Part shown: piece by piece, positions 1 through 12,907 of the stretch
Numbering within the stretch: the first letter of the stretch is position 1
Layout: the number at the start of each line of letters is the position of its first letter
Assembly (NCBI RefSeq): GCF_036971445.1
Contig: NC_091473.1
Span: 236,716,001 to 236,780,000 of the forward strand
DNA: 64,000 nt
Origin: Narcine bancroftii
Lineage: Eukaryota
Direction: 5' to 3'
Notes under the pieces: model-generated
The model's input: only the letters and a program-made list of their open reading frames with translations
What the model was told of the DNA's origin: nothing
Database searches by the model: none
Program-made: the position numbers and the translations under genes

Positions 1-340
1 AACCGGTCAAAATGCTCTCCAAAGTACACCTATAGAAATTTGCAAGAGTCTTTGGTGACATACCAAATCTCAAACTCCTCATGAAGAATAGCTGCTAAGA
101 AGCCTTCTTCATGATTGCATCAGCATGGAGGCCCCAGGACAGATCCTCAGAGATGTTGACACCCAGGAATTTGAAGTTCTTAACCCTTTCCTCTGCTGAC
201 CCCTTGATGAGGACTGGTTTATGTTCTCCTGATTCCCATCTCCTGAGGACCACAATAAGCTCTTTAGTTTTGCTAAGGTAGTAGTGACACCTCTAAACTA
301 GCTGATTTTTCTCCTTCCTCTATGCTTCCTCATGGCCGAC
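1..340 (-). mobile_element. Rex1/Babar-like LINE RT fragment
   Basis: Reverse complement matches the plus-strand copy at 750-1100 (aacttcaaattcctgggtgtcaacatctctgaggatctgtcctgg). Confidence 0.75.
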
Positions 341-423
341 AATTTCAATTCAGAAGAATTTTATTGGTGTAATCCAAGGTTTTGTTTTGCTGATATTCAC
401 AGAAATTAACATACAGTACTTAC

Positions 424-484
424 CATTAAATTAGGGTTTTGCATAAATAAGAATTCCTGAGTACTGAGTACACTATCAGCCAAC
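424..484 (-). other. Candidate internal exon of the minus-strand transcript
   Basis: tatcccAG|GTTGGC...TTAATG|GTAAGT; one frame is open (LADSVLSTQEFLFMQNPNLM). Confidence 0.3.
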
Positions 485-729
485 CTGGGATAGCTATCAC
501 AGGCAGAAACTATGAATCAAAATAAATTATCAGGTAAATATCTTACTAACCCAGGATACTGCAGGATTTTGTATTTTACCAGTGTTAGGAGAAAAGTGAG
601 TGCCAGTCGCAGTATTTTGAAGAAAAAACGTTTACATATAGATAATTACCTCATATTATGCAATCAACACACTGCTAAGCACTTTACTTGTTACAAAAAC
701 ATCAGGATCTAATTTCTCTGGCCAAAGTC

Positions 730-1523
730 ATTACAATGTATTGAGGAATTGAGCAACAGCAATGAAGAAGCATACAGGAGGGAGATAGATCAGCTCTTTG
801 AGTGGTGTCATATCAACAACCTTGTGCTCAACGTTAGCAAAACCAAGGAGATCATTGTGAGCTTCAGGAGGGAGTCAGGGGAACACGACACAATCCTCAT
901 CAAGGGCTCAGTAGTGAAGAGAGTCAAGAACTACAAATTCCTGGGTGTCAACATCTCTGAGGATCTGTCCTGGTGCCTCCATGTTGGTGCAATCATGAAG
1001 AAGGCTCACCAGTAGCTATACTTTGTGAAGTATTTGAGGAGATTTGGTATGTCACCGAAGACTCTCGTAAACATCTACAGGTCTAGCATGGAGAGCATTT
1101 TGTCTGGTATGGAGGTGCCAAATCTCAGGAGGGTTATTTACTCAGCCTGCGACATCACAGGCACCAGACTTCACTCCATCGAGGACATCTACATGAGACA
1201 GTGTCTTCATAAAGCAGCCTCTATGCTTAAAACCCATCTGCCACCCAGGCCACGATCTCTTCCCTCTGCTACCATCTGGAAGGAGTAACAGGAGCCTAAA
1301 GTTGAGCACTCAGTGCCACAGGGACCGCTTCTTCCCCACTGCCATCAGATTCATGAATGATCAATGAACCAAAGACACGGCCTTACTTTATGTGCAGTAC
1401 TTCTTTTATTTTTTCATATATATTAGTGTTGTAAGATGGTTCATAATATGAATGTTTGCCCTGTGATGCTGCCACAAAACACCAAATTTCATGACTTGTT
1501 CATGACAATTGATTCTGATTCTG
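730..1523 (+). mobile_element. Rex1/Babar-like LINE, 3' part, degenerate
   Basis: ORFs 749-1015 (EEAYRREIDQLFEWCHINNLVLNVSKTKEIIV...KFLGVNISEDLSW) and 1025-1288 encode an RT C-terminus; ends in an (ATTCTG)n tail. Confidence 0.85.
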
Positions 1524-1594
1524 AGCTGGACAACCTTGGGAACTTGCTCTCCTGTTTAAATTGCCAGTGACTCGAGATACAACTTGTAAAGGAG

Positions 1595-1903
1595 TGAAAC
1601 ACACAAGTCTGCCGATGCTGAGATTGTAGCAAAGAGCACACAGAGAAGCTGGAGGAACTCAGCCGGTCTCGCAGCAGTCATAGAAGGTAAAGCTTTATTA
1701 CTGACGCTTCAGGCCGGAGCCCTGCTTCAAGGTATAAGCAAAAAGCAGGCAGGCATGTTAATTAAAGACACGAGAGAAAGGAGAAGAATGGGAGGGGATG
1801 AGTCAAGACCAACAGCCAAAAGGTTTTAAATGGATATAAAGGTTCAAATTTACTATAGCTCTATGCAAGGAGTCAAGGGAAAAGGTGTGGGGGGGGGGGG
1901 GGG

Positions 1904-1957
<54 letters not shown>

Positions 1958-2820
1958 TAAAAGGAAGGAAATGGGGAAGAAAGGGGCTTCTAAATGTAAA
2001 CTGGAGAGTCAATATTAATGCTATCCACATGGTGGTTACCCAGATGGAAGATGAGGTGTTGTTCCTCCAATTTGTTGAGTCCTCAGTCTGGCAGTGCATG
2101 AAACCATGAACAGACATGTCAGCAAGGGAATGGAATGGGGAATCGTGCTGTTATGGTGGGCAATATGCTCAATGAAGCAAACTTCCAGTCTGAACCCAGT
2201 CTATCCAATGTAGAGGAGATCACAGAGGGAGCACAAAATGCAGTAGATAACCCTTGCAGATTCACGAGTAAAATGTTGCTTTACTTGAGAGGACTGTTTG
2301 GGGCCCTGAATGGTAGTGAAGGAGGAGAAGTGGACACAAGTGGAGCAACTCCTACAGTCACGGGGGTAGATGCCAAGGAGACGATTACTGGGGAAGGAGG
2401 AGTGGACAAGGGAGTCATGGAGAGTGGTATCTGTGGAAGGCAGAGAGAGAAGGAGCAGGAAATATGGTGGGATCACTTAATAGGTAGTGGAAATGGTGGA
2501 GGAGGACATGTTGGACACAGAGGCTAGTGGGGTAGTAGGTGAGGACAAAGAGAATTCCTGTTATTTTTGCATGTGGGGGTTGATGGAGCCAAAGCAGATG
2601 TACAAGTATTAAAGGATATGCAAATGAGAGCCAAGTTGATGGTGGTAGAGGGAAAGCCACATTGTTTGAAGGAGGTCATTCTTCCCCCTTTCTTTCTCAT
2701 CTTTAATTAAGATGCATGCTTGCTTTTTTTCTTATACCTTGAAGTTAGGGCTCAGGCCCAAAATGTCGGGAATATATATTTAACTGCAAGACTGGCTGAG
2801 TTCCACCTTGATTTCTGTAA
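1595..2820 (-). mobile_element. Penelope-like element remnant with GIY-YIG endonuclease and an inverted terminal copy
   Basis: Minus ORFs read IQGPKQSSQVKQHFTRESARVIYCILCSLCDLLYIG and MSVHGFMHCQTE. Segment 2680-2820 is an inverted copy of 1640-1800, as is typical of PLE pseudo-LTRs. Confidence 0.75.
1889..1955. repeat. poly-G plus (GA)n microsatellite
   Basis: Directly visible. Confidence 0.97.
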
Positions 2821-3099
2821 GGATCGAGTCACCCTAGTTTCCTACCCCTTGGAATTTTACAAAGATACACTCTGGTTTCTTCCTCTTTGTTTGAATAATT
2901 CAGTTTGATGTTTAGTTTTTCTGTTTGATATTAACTTCTGATTCCCTCGTGCTTTTAATTTAAATTCTCTCTCCAAATTTAAACTCTGCCTTTTCATGTT
3001 CCTCTAATCTGTTCACACCCTTCACCCCACCCTAACCCTCCTCTGCCCCTGCTTTAAATTGATCTATAATAACTAAGTTAAACCCATATTTGCCAAGTT

Positions 3100-3470
3100 A
3101 AATGATAATAAAAAATTTTAAAAACAAAACAAAAACCTAAAAAAAACTACATCTAATCTACCCCCTCCCTCTAATTAAGGTTACCTAAAAGGAAATTGTA
3201 CATTCAATGGCGACCACCATATCCAGACATCAGATGGAGAATCTCCAGAGCATTCAAAAATACTGTACTACCTATCATAATAAAATTCTATGACTGGACC
3301 TACTTCTTTATAAATTGAAACTTTCTATCTTTAATGTTGTCTGTTTTCTCCAAATTTAAATAAGACACCACATCATATATCCATTGTGTATGGGTAGGTG
3401 AAGAATCATCTTTCCATTTTAATAAAATTGCTCATCTGGCTATAAACTTCTGGGTCAAGAGAAAAACCAA
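3100..3470 (-). mobile_element. L1-like LINE 3' fragment
   Basis: Minus strand reads approximately ARAILLKWKDDSSPTHTQWIYDVVSYLNLEK, homologous to ORF 36449-36742. Confidence 0.55.
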
Positions 3471-3499
3471 ACCAAAAATTACATAAATCTAAATCAGTA

Positions 3500-4159
3500 A
3501 TTTCGGAAAGGTGCTTTAGGTGTGGTGTGGAGATTGGGACCCTTTATCCATTCAAAGGTGAGATCCTTCTGAGAGGACCTGGGGACATTCTGAAAAAAAT
3601 TACAAAGGTGGATTTTCCACAGGATCCAGAATTGTACCTTCTGGGAAATATTATGGACATGAGTTTTAAACTGTACAGATCCCAACTAAACAGTATACGA
3701 TGGAATATGGAAATGCAGAGTTGTATTCCCCTGGAGAAAAGCACATATAATTTAAGGAGGAAATATGATACATTTGTTAGTGTGTGGCAACCCTATCTGC
3801 AACACATTGGTACGCAGATATAATTATAAAGGAAACACAACAATCTGTGGCAGTAGTGAAATTATTGAGATCAATGAAGTGGGTCATGGCGCAGATGATG
3901 TGCTCTTCTATTTTGTTCCTTATCTTTTCTTATTTTGGGTTTCTTTGGGTTTTTCTTAAGTTCCGTTAAGGGTTTGTGAGTTTACCAATATTTGGTTCTT
4001 TTTATTTGTTTAATTTATATAACATTTTCTTTGTTTTATTAGGATATTGGAGGGAGGTTAAAAATAGACTCTGTATGTAATATTGTTGAAAGAGATTGTG
4101 TTGTTTGTTTGGATTTGTATGAGTCCTTGAAAATCAAAAATAAAATATTCAGAAAAAAG
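3500..4159 (+). mobile_element. L1/Tx1-like LINE 3' end
   Basis: ORF 3527-3823 (PQDPELYLLG...WNMEMQSCIPLEKSTYNLRRKYDTFVSVWQPYL) is an ORF2 C-terminus, followed by a T-rich 3' UTR, AATAAA and an A-rich tail ~4140-4159. Confidence 0.75.
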
Positions 4160-4164
4160 AGTTG

Positions 4165-4705
4165 ACAGATCATGTTACAATTCTGCACATTTCTAGTGAG
4201 ACCACACTTAGAATATTTTGTTCAATTTTGGTCATTTCATTACAGGAAGGGTGTGGAAGCTTTAGAGAGGGTGCAGAGGAGATTTACGTGGATGTTGCCT
4301 GGATTGGGAAACAAGTCTTATAAGCAAGGTTGGCAGAGCTAGGACTTTTCTCTTTGGAGCAAAGAAGGACAAAAGGAGACATAATAGAGGTCTACAAGAT
4401 TGTGAGAAGCATAGATAAGGTGGAGTGCCAGTGTCTTTTTCCCAAGGCAGGAATTGCAAACACCAGAGAACATCTGAACAAAGTGACAGGAGGTATGTTT
4501 AAGGCTAAGTTTTTACTCAGGGTGCCTTGAATGCCTTGGCGGGGATGATGGTGAGATAAAACATTAGGAACATTTAAGAGTTTCTTAGGCAGGATTAAAG
4601 AAAAAGGAGGTTATGAGGTAGGAAAGATTTAGTTTTTTTTGGTAGGAATATATAGGTCGGCATAACATCAAAGGGCCTGTACTCTCTTATAATGTTCTTT
4701 GATCT
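4165..4705 (+). mobile_element. CR1 LINE 3' part
   Basis: VRPHLEYFVQFW...LERVQRRFT...ELGLFSLEQRRTKGDIIEVYKI motifs. Confidence 0.85.
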
Positions 4706-5769
4706 AAAGTTACTGTTATCCTTTTGCAGGAATTTTATATATAGTTAGATACTTACTGAATTGCATCAGTGTCTAGTGCAATATTCTAAGCAGAAAACAT
4801 GCATTGTGTCTCTCAGCAGCACATACCATATACTTTGAAAGAAAAAGTGATGTCAGACACAGATTTGAGTCAAAGTGTATTTAAGGAACAGAACTCAGGG
4901 AAAATGAGATCTAACAATCATGAGGAACATTTGACTGGTCGGCAACTACCTCTTTTATCTGTTTATTTCAATGATCTTGTCAGATTCAATAATGTCAAAA
5001 AAAGATTTTAAGTATTCATTAGAGGACATCATTTAGAAGAATGGCTTATCTCTAAGCTAAGTTGACAATGCTTCTTCTACTAGGGCTAGTTTCTCGATAG
5101 CCAGTTATTTTGCCTCCTTCAGCAATGCAATCTGAGAATTATATAAAATGTAATTATATTGGGTGCTTTGCCAAATTCGGGCAAATTTCTCTCCAGTGCT
5201 CCAAAAGATTAGTTTCAAAATAAAAATAATCTACAAAACTTTTGCTTTATTGAGAAGTTTCTGCACATGTATCACACTAGTCCTTGATGCAGATTATTGA
5301 CGTACAAACATGTAATCCGGTCTGTCCTAAAAATAAGCAGTACCCATAAGGAACTGGAATGCATGAGAAACTAGTGTGGATTTTCAAAGAGCTACTGCCA
5401 TCAAATAATTTTCCAGAAGCACTCAAAATTGTTTTACAATGCAAAATACCTTTTCAGGACTTTATAACCAGCAAATTACTTGATGAACATCACTCTTAAA
5501 GGGAAGTTAAGTGATTTACTGAAGAATGGACAAAATGATTAGAAATTTGTTTTGTACCACCACCTGCTGAGGAGAATGAATAACTGCATTGTTACAGAAA
5601 TCTAATTAAACATCCTCAATGTTCTCGTATCGGCTCTCACCTGATATGCTGGGTATCACTTCAGCAAAGCCAGTAGATTGGCCAGTTCTTTCATGCAGTA
5701 TGATTGGGCAGTTTTAGGAAATCGGGTTGTGTGGGGGTGATCCAAGAGATGGCAATTAATGAAACTTAC

Positions 5770-5816
5770 CTGAGTTGAGTCTCTATCCATCATAAAACAC
5801 AGTGGGTTCAGGAGTC
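5770..5816 (-). other. Candidate internal exon of the minus-strand transcript
   Basis: ttttgtgtattgttctgtaatacAG|GACTCC...ACTCAG|GTAAGT, good acceptor and perfect donor. Confidence 0.35.
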
Positions 5817-6220
5817 CTGTATTACAGAACAATACACAAAAGTCCTGGAGAAACTCGGTAGGTCACACTCTTCAGCACTTTTGTGTATTGTCTACAGGCT
5901 TTCCTGGTTATGTCTTCGTAACAAGATGTACTGATTTCTCTGGATGGGAAATAACATCTTTTGAAGCAAATTTGAAGGAGTTTTTTTGGGATGTGCAAGG
6001 AAGATTCACAGCAGAAAGTGTTCTGCCTAATTTCCATTAGCTCGATTCAATCTGTATATGGTCATAATTCCACAGCATTACATTCCACAAAACATTACAG
6101 ACCTTCATATCTAATCCCTTACTTACAATATGAAAATAGCCTACTTAGGCATATTACTCAATCCTAGCAGGGATTAATGTTAAATGCTTTGTTTGAGGAC
6201 CTGCCTAGCTGCAGAACACA

Positions 6221-6509
6221 CCCTCATTTGTAAGCTAATAAAAGCATTAGTTCTCCCTCCAGTCGTGAGAGCTTTTATTCGCGCTACTATTTTATTAGCT
6301 TATAAGTGAGGGTAGGGTCTCACAGTAGTCTTCAGAATGGTTCTGGGTTTAAGCAGGAAACCAGGGTTATATGTGAGCAGAAGGGGGCAGAGCTAGGAGG
6401 CGGGGGCAGAGCTAGGAGGCGGGGTCAGAGCTAGGAGGCGGGGGCAGAGCTAGGAGGCGGGGTCAGCCATCAGCACAACACACTACCAGTGAATCCCCAG
6501 TTCACTGCA
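6221..6509 (-). mobile_element. Rearranged solo-LTR-like element with an internal 19-bp GC-box tandem repeat
   Basis: Minus strand starts TGCAGTG and contains ~4.4 x GGGG(G/T)CAGAGCTAGGAGGC (6383-6466 on plus), TATAA and AATAAA. The terminal piece ending CGCGCTAC is on the plus strand (6221-6287). Confidence 0.55.
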
Positions 6510-6988
6510 GTAAGCAAGAGTCATGAGCTCCATAAAGGGAAAATGAAGCAGTTGGATAAGGAAGCTAGAGGAGACAAAGAGATGGGTTTTCTGCCATAGG
6601 ATTGGCACTTGCCTTGGCAGAATCCATTTATCAAGCATGTGTTGCACAGACTCAATTTATAGATGGTTTGTCAATGGACAGGCATGGACAAATATACTAT
6701 AAGTATATACTTGAAAGTAGCATACAAACATTTGCAATTAGATCAAATATGCTGGCCATACATTTCCACATCATGTGTATGGAAAGTCATGGACTTTGAG
6801 CACCTAATGCACAATCTTCAATTTTCTGTTTTATTTTTCATTGAATTGAATCAGTCAGCAAACAAAAAAATTAAGGCACTATGGAAACCAATTTCTACAT
6901 GTAAATGTTAATACAAATACTGTGGCACTTACATATTGACAGACAAACACTGTCATAAACTGTGAAAACCAAACATTGGACAGAACAT

Positions 6989-7610
6989 TGTAGTATGGAT
7001 TATTGAGGGTCGTGTGACCCCCCTCCATCTGGAACTTGGTGGGGATGTGGATTGCAGAGGGCCATGTCACCTCTCCATCTGGAACCCAATTGGAAGTCAT
7101 CTCACCTGCTAATCAAGGTCAAGCCTCGTCCACAGGTCAGCACACACCTGGCCATTGACCCCTTTAATTGTCTCATCGATAGCTGGGCCAGGCTCTCCAG
7201 CTAATGGCAATACAAGGCCCACCACATATGAGCCATCTTCCTCTTTCTCTTCTGCGATGAACCCGAGCTCCACTCCAGGTTGGGGATGCTGGAGGATCAT
7301 TAGTAAGGTGTGCACATAAAGAGGGTTGGGAGCTGTAGTATCATATGCTTCGTGTCCCTAGTTTAGTTAGATGAGAGCCATGGCTGCCAGGAATATCAAT
7401 GGATGGCGGATAACCTATGTTGTAACTTGATTGTGAGGCCTTCTACCTGCAAGTGATTGCGAGTGTAACATTTAAACTGGCAAGTATGTGTGTGTCTTTT
7501 ACTCGTGCTGCGACTCCCCTACACATGTAAATTAAAAAACTACTGTTCAATCAGCTGCATTCAGACTCATTACCCTTGGGACCCATCAAACTGGTTTCAC
7601 ACACACAACA
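6989..7610 (+). mobile_element. Probable solo LTR
   Basis: TGTAGT...ACAACA termini, ATTAAA near the 3' end, flanks AACAT/AAAAT (imperfect TSD). Confidence 0.55.
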
Positions 7611-8719
7611 AAAATTAGATCTATTAGATCTCATAGCTGGATATATTTCCTAAGAATTAATTGTCCATTGTCCATTTTGTTAAAGAAATGGTGTTGGAAA
7701 ATGTGAAAAGCTGATTGGATCGATAAAACAGGAGCCAGCTCAAATTCTGAGAATTATCAGTTTAATGTTGATTGTAAGAAAGTTAATGAAATCCTTCAAT
7801 ATTTCATATATTTATTTGAAATGAAAGGAAAATCATGTCTGATTTGTTTATTTCAAAATATACCAGGCTGTGGGTCAATTGGCTGTAACTGGGTGGCTTG
7901 GGCTTGAGGGCCAAAAGGGCCTGTTGCAATGCTCAATGAAAAAAAAATTAGATTTGCTGATTAATATTTTAGTTATTAATCCCCATTGCTTTAGGCTTAC
8001 CTGACTTATTTATAGTAATGGGATCATTAACATTTCTATTGCCAAAACAAATTCAAATTATTAGGGACTGGTTGTAACTTAAATGTGCTTTTTATCTAGT
8101 TAAATTGTTAGAAGCATCTAGAAATGGCCAAAGTTTCTTTAAAATGTAGGTCCCATATTTTCGAAGCACATGGACTGAGTTGGGTGTGGATGTTACCGGG
8201 ACAATGAATAGGAGACAGTTTCTGCAACGTTGTAGATTAAGGGTTCATAAACTTAGTGGCAATCAATTAGAGTGGAGAGTTTGCAAAATGGACATGTTCT
8301 CACTTGAAAAGAAATGACTACACTTGAAATTGTGAAAAAAAAATTAGACATTGCAGTCCTGGACAGGCTGTTTCACTTTGTTCAGTGCAACAGAACATGG
8401 CACGGCCTGTGCTTGAAGAGATAAAACTAATTTTCTGAAAAAAAAATTGAAAGGTATTTTAACAACAGGGATGAACTGCATAAACTGTAATAAGTGTTAA
8501 AATCTTTAAAATAAGAAACTTGTGCAACTTTGAACCCAGTTTAACTGTGGCGAGTTTGCATTGGACACCTAGTTCATGCTCAAAAGGTAACTCCACTCCT
8601 GTGGATTGAAAAACTAGAGACCTGGGGGATGATGGTTCCAGAAACTTCCAATCAGAAGGAACCACAGAACCACTATATCTAAAGTGAATTATTTGTCAGC
8701 AGTTTGTGAGCAAGGAAGA

Positions 8720-9740
8720 GATCAACCTCAGCTACTCTCCATGATCCTCTTTGTCAAGTCTTCATCCTCCCAATTCAAACTTCAACTCACAATCTTGCCC
8801 ACCCTCTTCCCCATAATCATCTGCTCCTATCCTTGTAATCAACTATTCTAAAGGTCAGGGCATTGTGGTCATAATTGCCAAAGTGCTTGCCCACCGAGAG
8901 GTCAGTCACCTGACCAGGATCATTGCCCAGTATTAGATCTAGCATGGCTTCCCTTCTGGTCAGACTCTCCACATCCTGCATCAGGAATCCTTTTTGGATA
9001 ACTACTAACAAATTTTGCTCCATTTAAACCTTTTGCACTGTGGAGGTGCCCATTAATATTAGGGAAGTTGAGATCACCTAAGACAATAAACCTAATATTT
9101 TATACCTTTCCAAAATCAGCCATTTATCTGTTCCTATACTATAGTAAGTCCTATCGTATAATTCCAATTGAGTGATTGCTGATTCAGTAGATCAGTGGTT
9201 CTCAACCTTTTTCTTTCCTCCCATACCACTTTAAGTAATCCCTATGCCATCGGTGCTCTGTGATTAGTAAGGGATTGCTTAAGGTGGGATGTAAGTGGGA
9301 AGGGAAGGTTGGGAATCACTGCTCTAGACCCAATTGTTACTGAAATATTTTGCTTGATAAAAATTGTCATTGGTCCATTTCCTTTGGAGTTATGAAACCG
9401 TGCACATATCGAGTCAATTAGGTGTGATTAAAACAGTGGCTTTCAAACTTTATCTTTCCACCCACATATATCCTTAAGCAATCCCTTACTAATCACAGAA
9501 CAGCTATGGCATAGGGAATGCTTAAAGTGGCATGTGAGTGGAAAGATATAGGTTGAGAACCACTGGAGTAGATGATACTATCTGTAGCTGTAATAATATC
9601 CCTGATTAGTAATGCCACTTCTCCCACTTTTTTACCATTTTGAAACGTCTAAACCCTGAACATCAACCAGCCAATCCTGTCCTTGTAAGAGTGAAGACTC
9701 TGTAATTGCTACATTTTAGTTCCATTTGCTGATCATGATT
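8720..9740 (-). mobile_element. CR1 LINE endonuclease-region fragment interrupted by a MITE
   Basis: ORF 8817-9023 (LTRREAMLDLILGNDPGQV...HFGNYDHNALTF) is the C-terminus of an APE endonuclease. Confidence 0.75.
9193..9565. mobile_element. Composite hAT (Charlie-like) MITE
   Basis: TIRs CAGTGGTTCTCAACC / GGTTGAGAACCACTG, 8-bp TSD CAGTAGAT/GAGTAGAT, and an internal second TIR pair. Confidence 0.9.
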
Positions 9741-10588
9741 GTATTTGTTGCAAACTAATTAATAGACATGAATTCTCATGTTAGTCTTCAAGTGTATTAG
9801 CTTTGAATCAAACATGACTAACTCAAGGAGGACGAGGTGGACCATGTGTGTTTTATTTTTATTTAGAAATTTCTATGTCAGGTGAATAAAAGGCTTTTAC
9901 AATGTTTCTTGGATATCCCAATGGGAAATTATAAATCTGACCTCACACATGCATGCACTTATTTTTCATCTCAAGCCCAAATTGTCTCCTAGAATCAGTC
10001 TCACATTGTCAAGGTTATACTTTTGCTTTGTTCTAATTTACACCGGGAATCGATTTGCCTTTACTTAAAATGTAAGTGCAAATTGCAGGCTGCAATTATA
10101 GCCGTTCTATTCCCTGCCTAAAATCCATGTCAATCACAGTGTTATTTCACGACATTTCTAAATTGATTACATTTTGGATTTGCCAGCCTTTAGAAAGCAA
10201 AGTAATGAACTGGGTGGATTATTTAAGATTCAGCGTTTACAAAAACACAACAGATATTTCATGAGATTAGTAAAATTGTCCAAAAGCACATTTATGACCT
10301 TAACAATGTAATTGTATGGTACAGTGAAATTACTTCTAGAATGAGGGGATTTATTTGTAGCCATTGTATTGCTACATCTTTTTAATTGTACTTTTGCCTT
10401 ATACAATGGATAGTTTAAAGAGAGCAAAACATTGGTAAGTATTGATCAATGAAACACTTTCTCTTTACATTTACATTCAAGAGTGCTACAAAAAAAAAAT
10501 CAGAATATAAACTCGTCAATATTTAATTCACATCTTTTTAGTTTCACCTAATGAGGATTAGAGTTGTTCAGGCAAAATTTAGAACCAG

Positions 10589-10715
10589 TTATCTTTGTGA
10601 GGTTTTTCAGTTGGTTGTTTTTCCAGACTCTTTTGTGTAGTCTTCCAAAGGCACTATTTGCCTTGGCGAGTCTGTTGTCTATCTCGTTGTTGATCCTTGC
10701 ATCCAATGAAATGGT
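10589..10715 (-). mobile_element. RTE/BovB-like internal fragment
   Basis: Reverse complement of ~20010-20136 (TISSDARIDNEIDNRLAKANSAFGRLHKRVW region). Confidence 0.85.
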
Positions 10716-12229
10716 TAAGTTAAATTAAAGCCCCTCTAACTGACAAAGCCCTAAAATTATAAGAAGCAAAGCATTGCAAAAGCCAGAAACATGAAATCAA
10801 ATTTATTTTAAAAAAGCCCAAAAAGTTAATCAGCCAGGACATGAAAATAAGCATTTTGCTCTCAGAGCTAATGATAGTTCCTGAGGAAGTGTTACATGGT
10901 AGAAATGAGTAAATAAGAAGCTATTTCCATTGATATTAATATTGCTAAACAGGGGAAATTGATTTGAGGTCATTGATGAGGTGAAAATTGTGAAACTAGT
11001 TGGGGAATATGTTCTAAAATGGAAAGGAGCAACTGATGCAAGGATAGATCATTCAAACAGATGGTGAAGTTCGGATGGGCCAAAAGGATCTCTTCACATC
11101 TGCAGCCTTCTACATCTCCATGACACCATTTCTATTTCTCCACTGGTGTTATGTGATTTGATGAGTTTGCTTGGTATTATCAATATATCAAGTTTAAATG
11201 TATCCCTACTACTGGCCTTATAATGGAGGGAAAGTCACGAAAAAACAGCTGAAGTCAGTTTGGCCGAGGAACCTCTTCAGTGATGTGTTTGGATTGGGAT
11301 GACTGGCTTCTGATAACCACAATAATCATTACATATGACATCAGCCATTTACTCTTTTCATATTGATGCTCATTTACTCTGATGTATTAGCAGAGATCTT
11401 CAAGTATCCTGCAGGTGAAATGCTGCATTGATGTAAAAATCAGTCACACACTCTTTCACTTGAATTCTGTTTTTTGGTTCATATTTCAGTCATGGCTCCA
11501 ATGACCTGTGAAACAGTGGTCCTGGCAAAATTTAAATGGAACGATGACATAATGGAACACTTAAAAAGAGATAAACCAAAATATGAAGCACGGGTCCTTT
11601 TATATTACTGCCAAGATATGGTCAAATACTATAGTTTGTGTCTGTTTTGGCTAGTACTAACATCTGACATTGTGGGTGTCACAGAGGGCAAACTACTTGA
11701 ATGCCATTATTTTATAGGATGCTTTGTTCATGGCAGGTCGTCATTCTGGGATTTTTTTTCTGTTTTTATTTTTATTTTGCAGTAGTAATTTGATGCAACT
11801 GTTTGCTTACTAAAACATTGTAGTGGGCAGTTAGAGGCAACCATATTGTGATGGTTCTGGAGTAACATATGTTAGATTTCCTTCCCGAAAAAAAATTGGG
11901 AATCCAGATGTTTTTATGATCATCTACATTCATGGGAATGATTACCATGTGAATTTTTCAATTACAGTTTTATCATTAACCAACTTGCACTGGTGGAAAA
12001 TAAATAAACTCAAGGTGCAAAGACAGATAATGTGGCACAATTGTTAAGGTGGTTAATGGAATAGTTCTGTTTGCTTTCGTTTATGGTTGCAGTTATCTTA
12101 CACAACATAAACCTTTATTCATTATCTACAATGCAAAGAGAACAGCAATATTGTGGATATATTATTGAACTAGTAATCCAAAAGTGTTGCTTAATAATCA
12201 TGGGCAGTTTTGCTCTGACCTCATCAGTA

Positions 12230-12775
12230 ACAGGAATCTCCCAGTGGCCACAATTCCAATTTAGCACCCCATTCTCATGCTGACATGGCTATCCATGGCC
12301 TCATGTACTGTCAGCCCAAGACCACCCATAAATTGGAAGAGCAACACCTAATTTTCCACCTGGGCACTCTTCAACCGGATGGCATTAATATAGACTTCTC
12401 TATTTCTGCTAGACTACTCCTCATTCTCCCTCTCTTCCTCATCACTGACTTTTTTTTTCCTCTAGCTCTCCATCCCCTTCCCTCTCCATTAACAGAGCCA
12501 TCCTTTCTCCCAACCCCCACCCCCTATTTCCTGGCATCCCCTCCCTCCCTTAACCACCTATTACCTCCAGCCTGTTGGATTGTGCTCCTTCCTCACCAGG
12601 TTGTTCAGGTGCCTGCCTACATTTTGTCATACCTTGATGAAGCCCTCAAGTGCAAAATGTTGGTTATATACCTTTATTTTTGCTCTATAAAGTGCACTCT
12701 ATGACCTGCTGAGTTTCTCCAGCATTGTGCTGTAATTTCAATCACAGTGTCTGCAGACTTCTGTGCTTTACTCCA
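12230..12775 (+). mobile_element. Penelope-like element 3' part (end of GIY-YIG domain plus pseudo-LTR)
   Basis: ORF 12285: MAIHGLMYCQPKTTHKLEEQHLIFHLGTLQPDGINIDFS, then a pyrimidine-rich UTR and a terminus with TTGATGA...AAAATGTTGG. Confidence 0.8.
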
Positions 12776-12907
12776 ATTAACACTTTTTGCCTGTTGGCCT
12801 TTACTCCCCTCCTCCCAATCATTCTTGCCTGCATTTTCCTCCCACCTTGAGGAAGGGCTCAGGCCTGAAATATCAATATATCTTTACCTCCTCTGGTCAC
12901 TGAGAGA

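Noticed and set aside
1803-2117. ER-repeat / SL-repeat proteins in the ORF track
   Set aside because: They are translations of the (GA)n microsatellite inside a PLE remnant.
5822-6037. 71-aa Cys-rich ORF
   Set aside because: No recognisable motif or splice support; length is within chance expectation.
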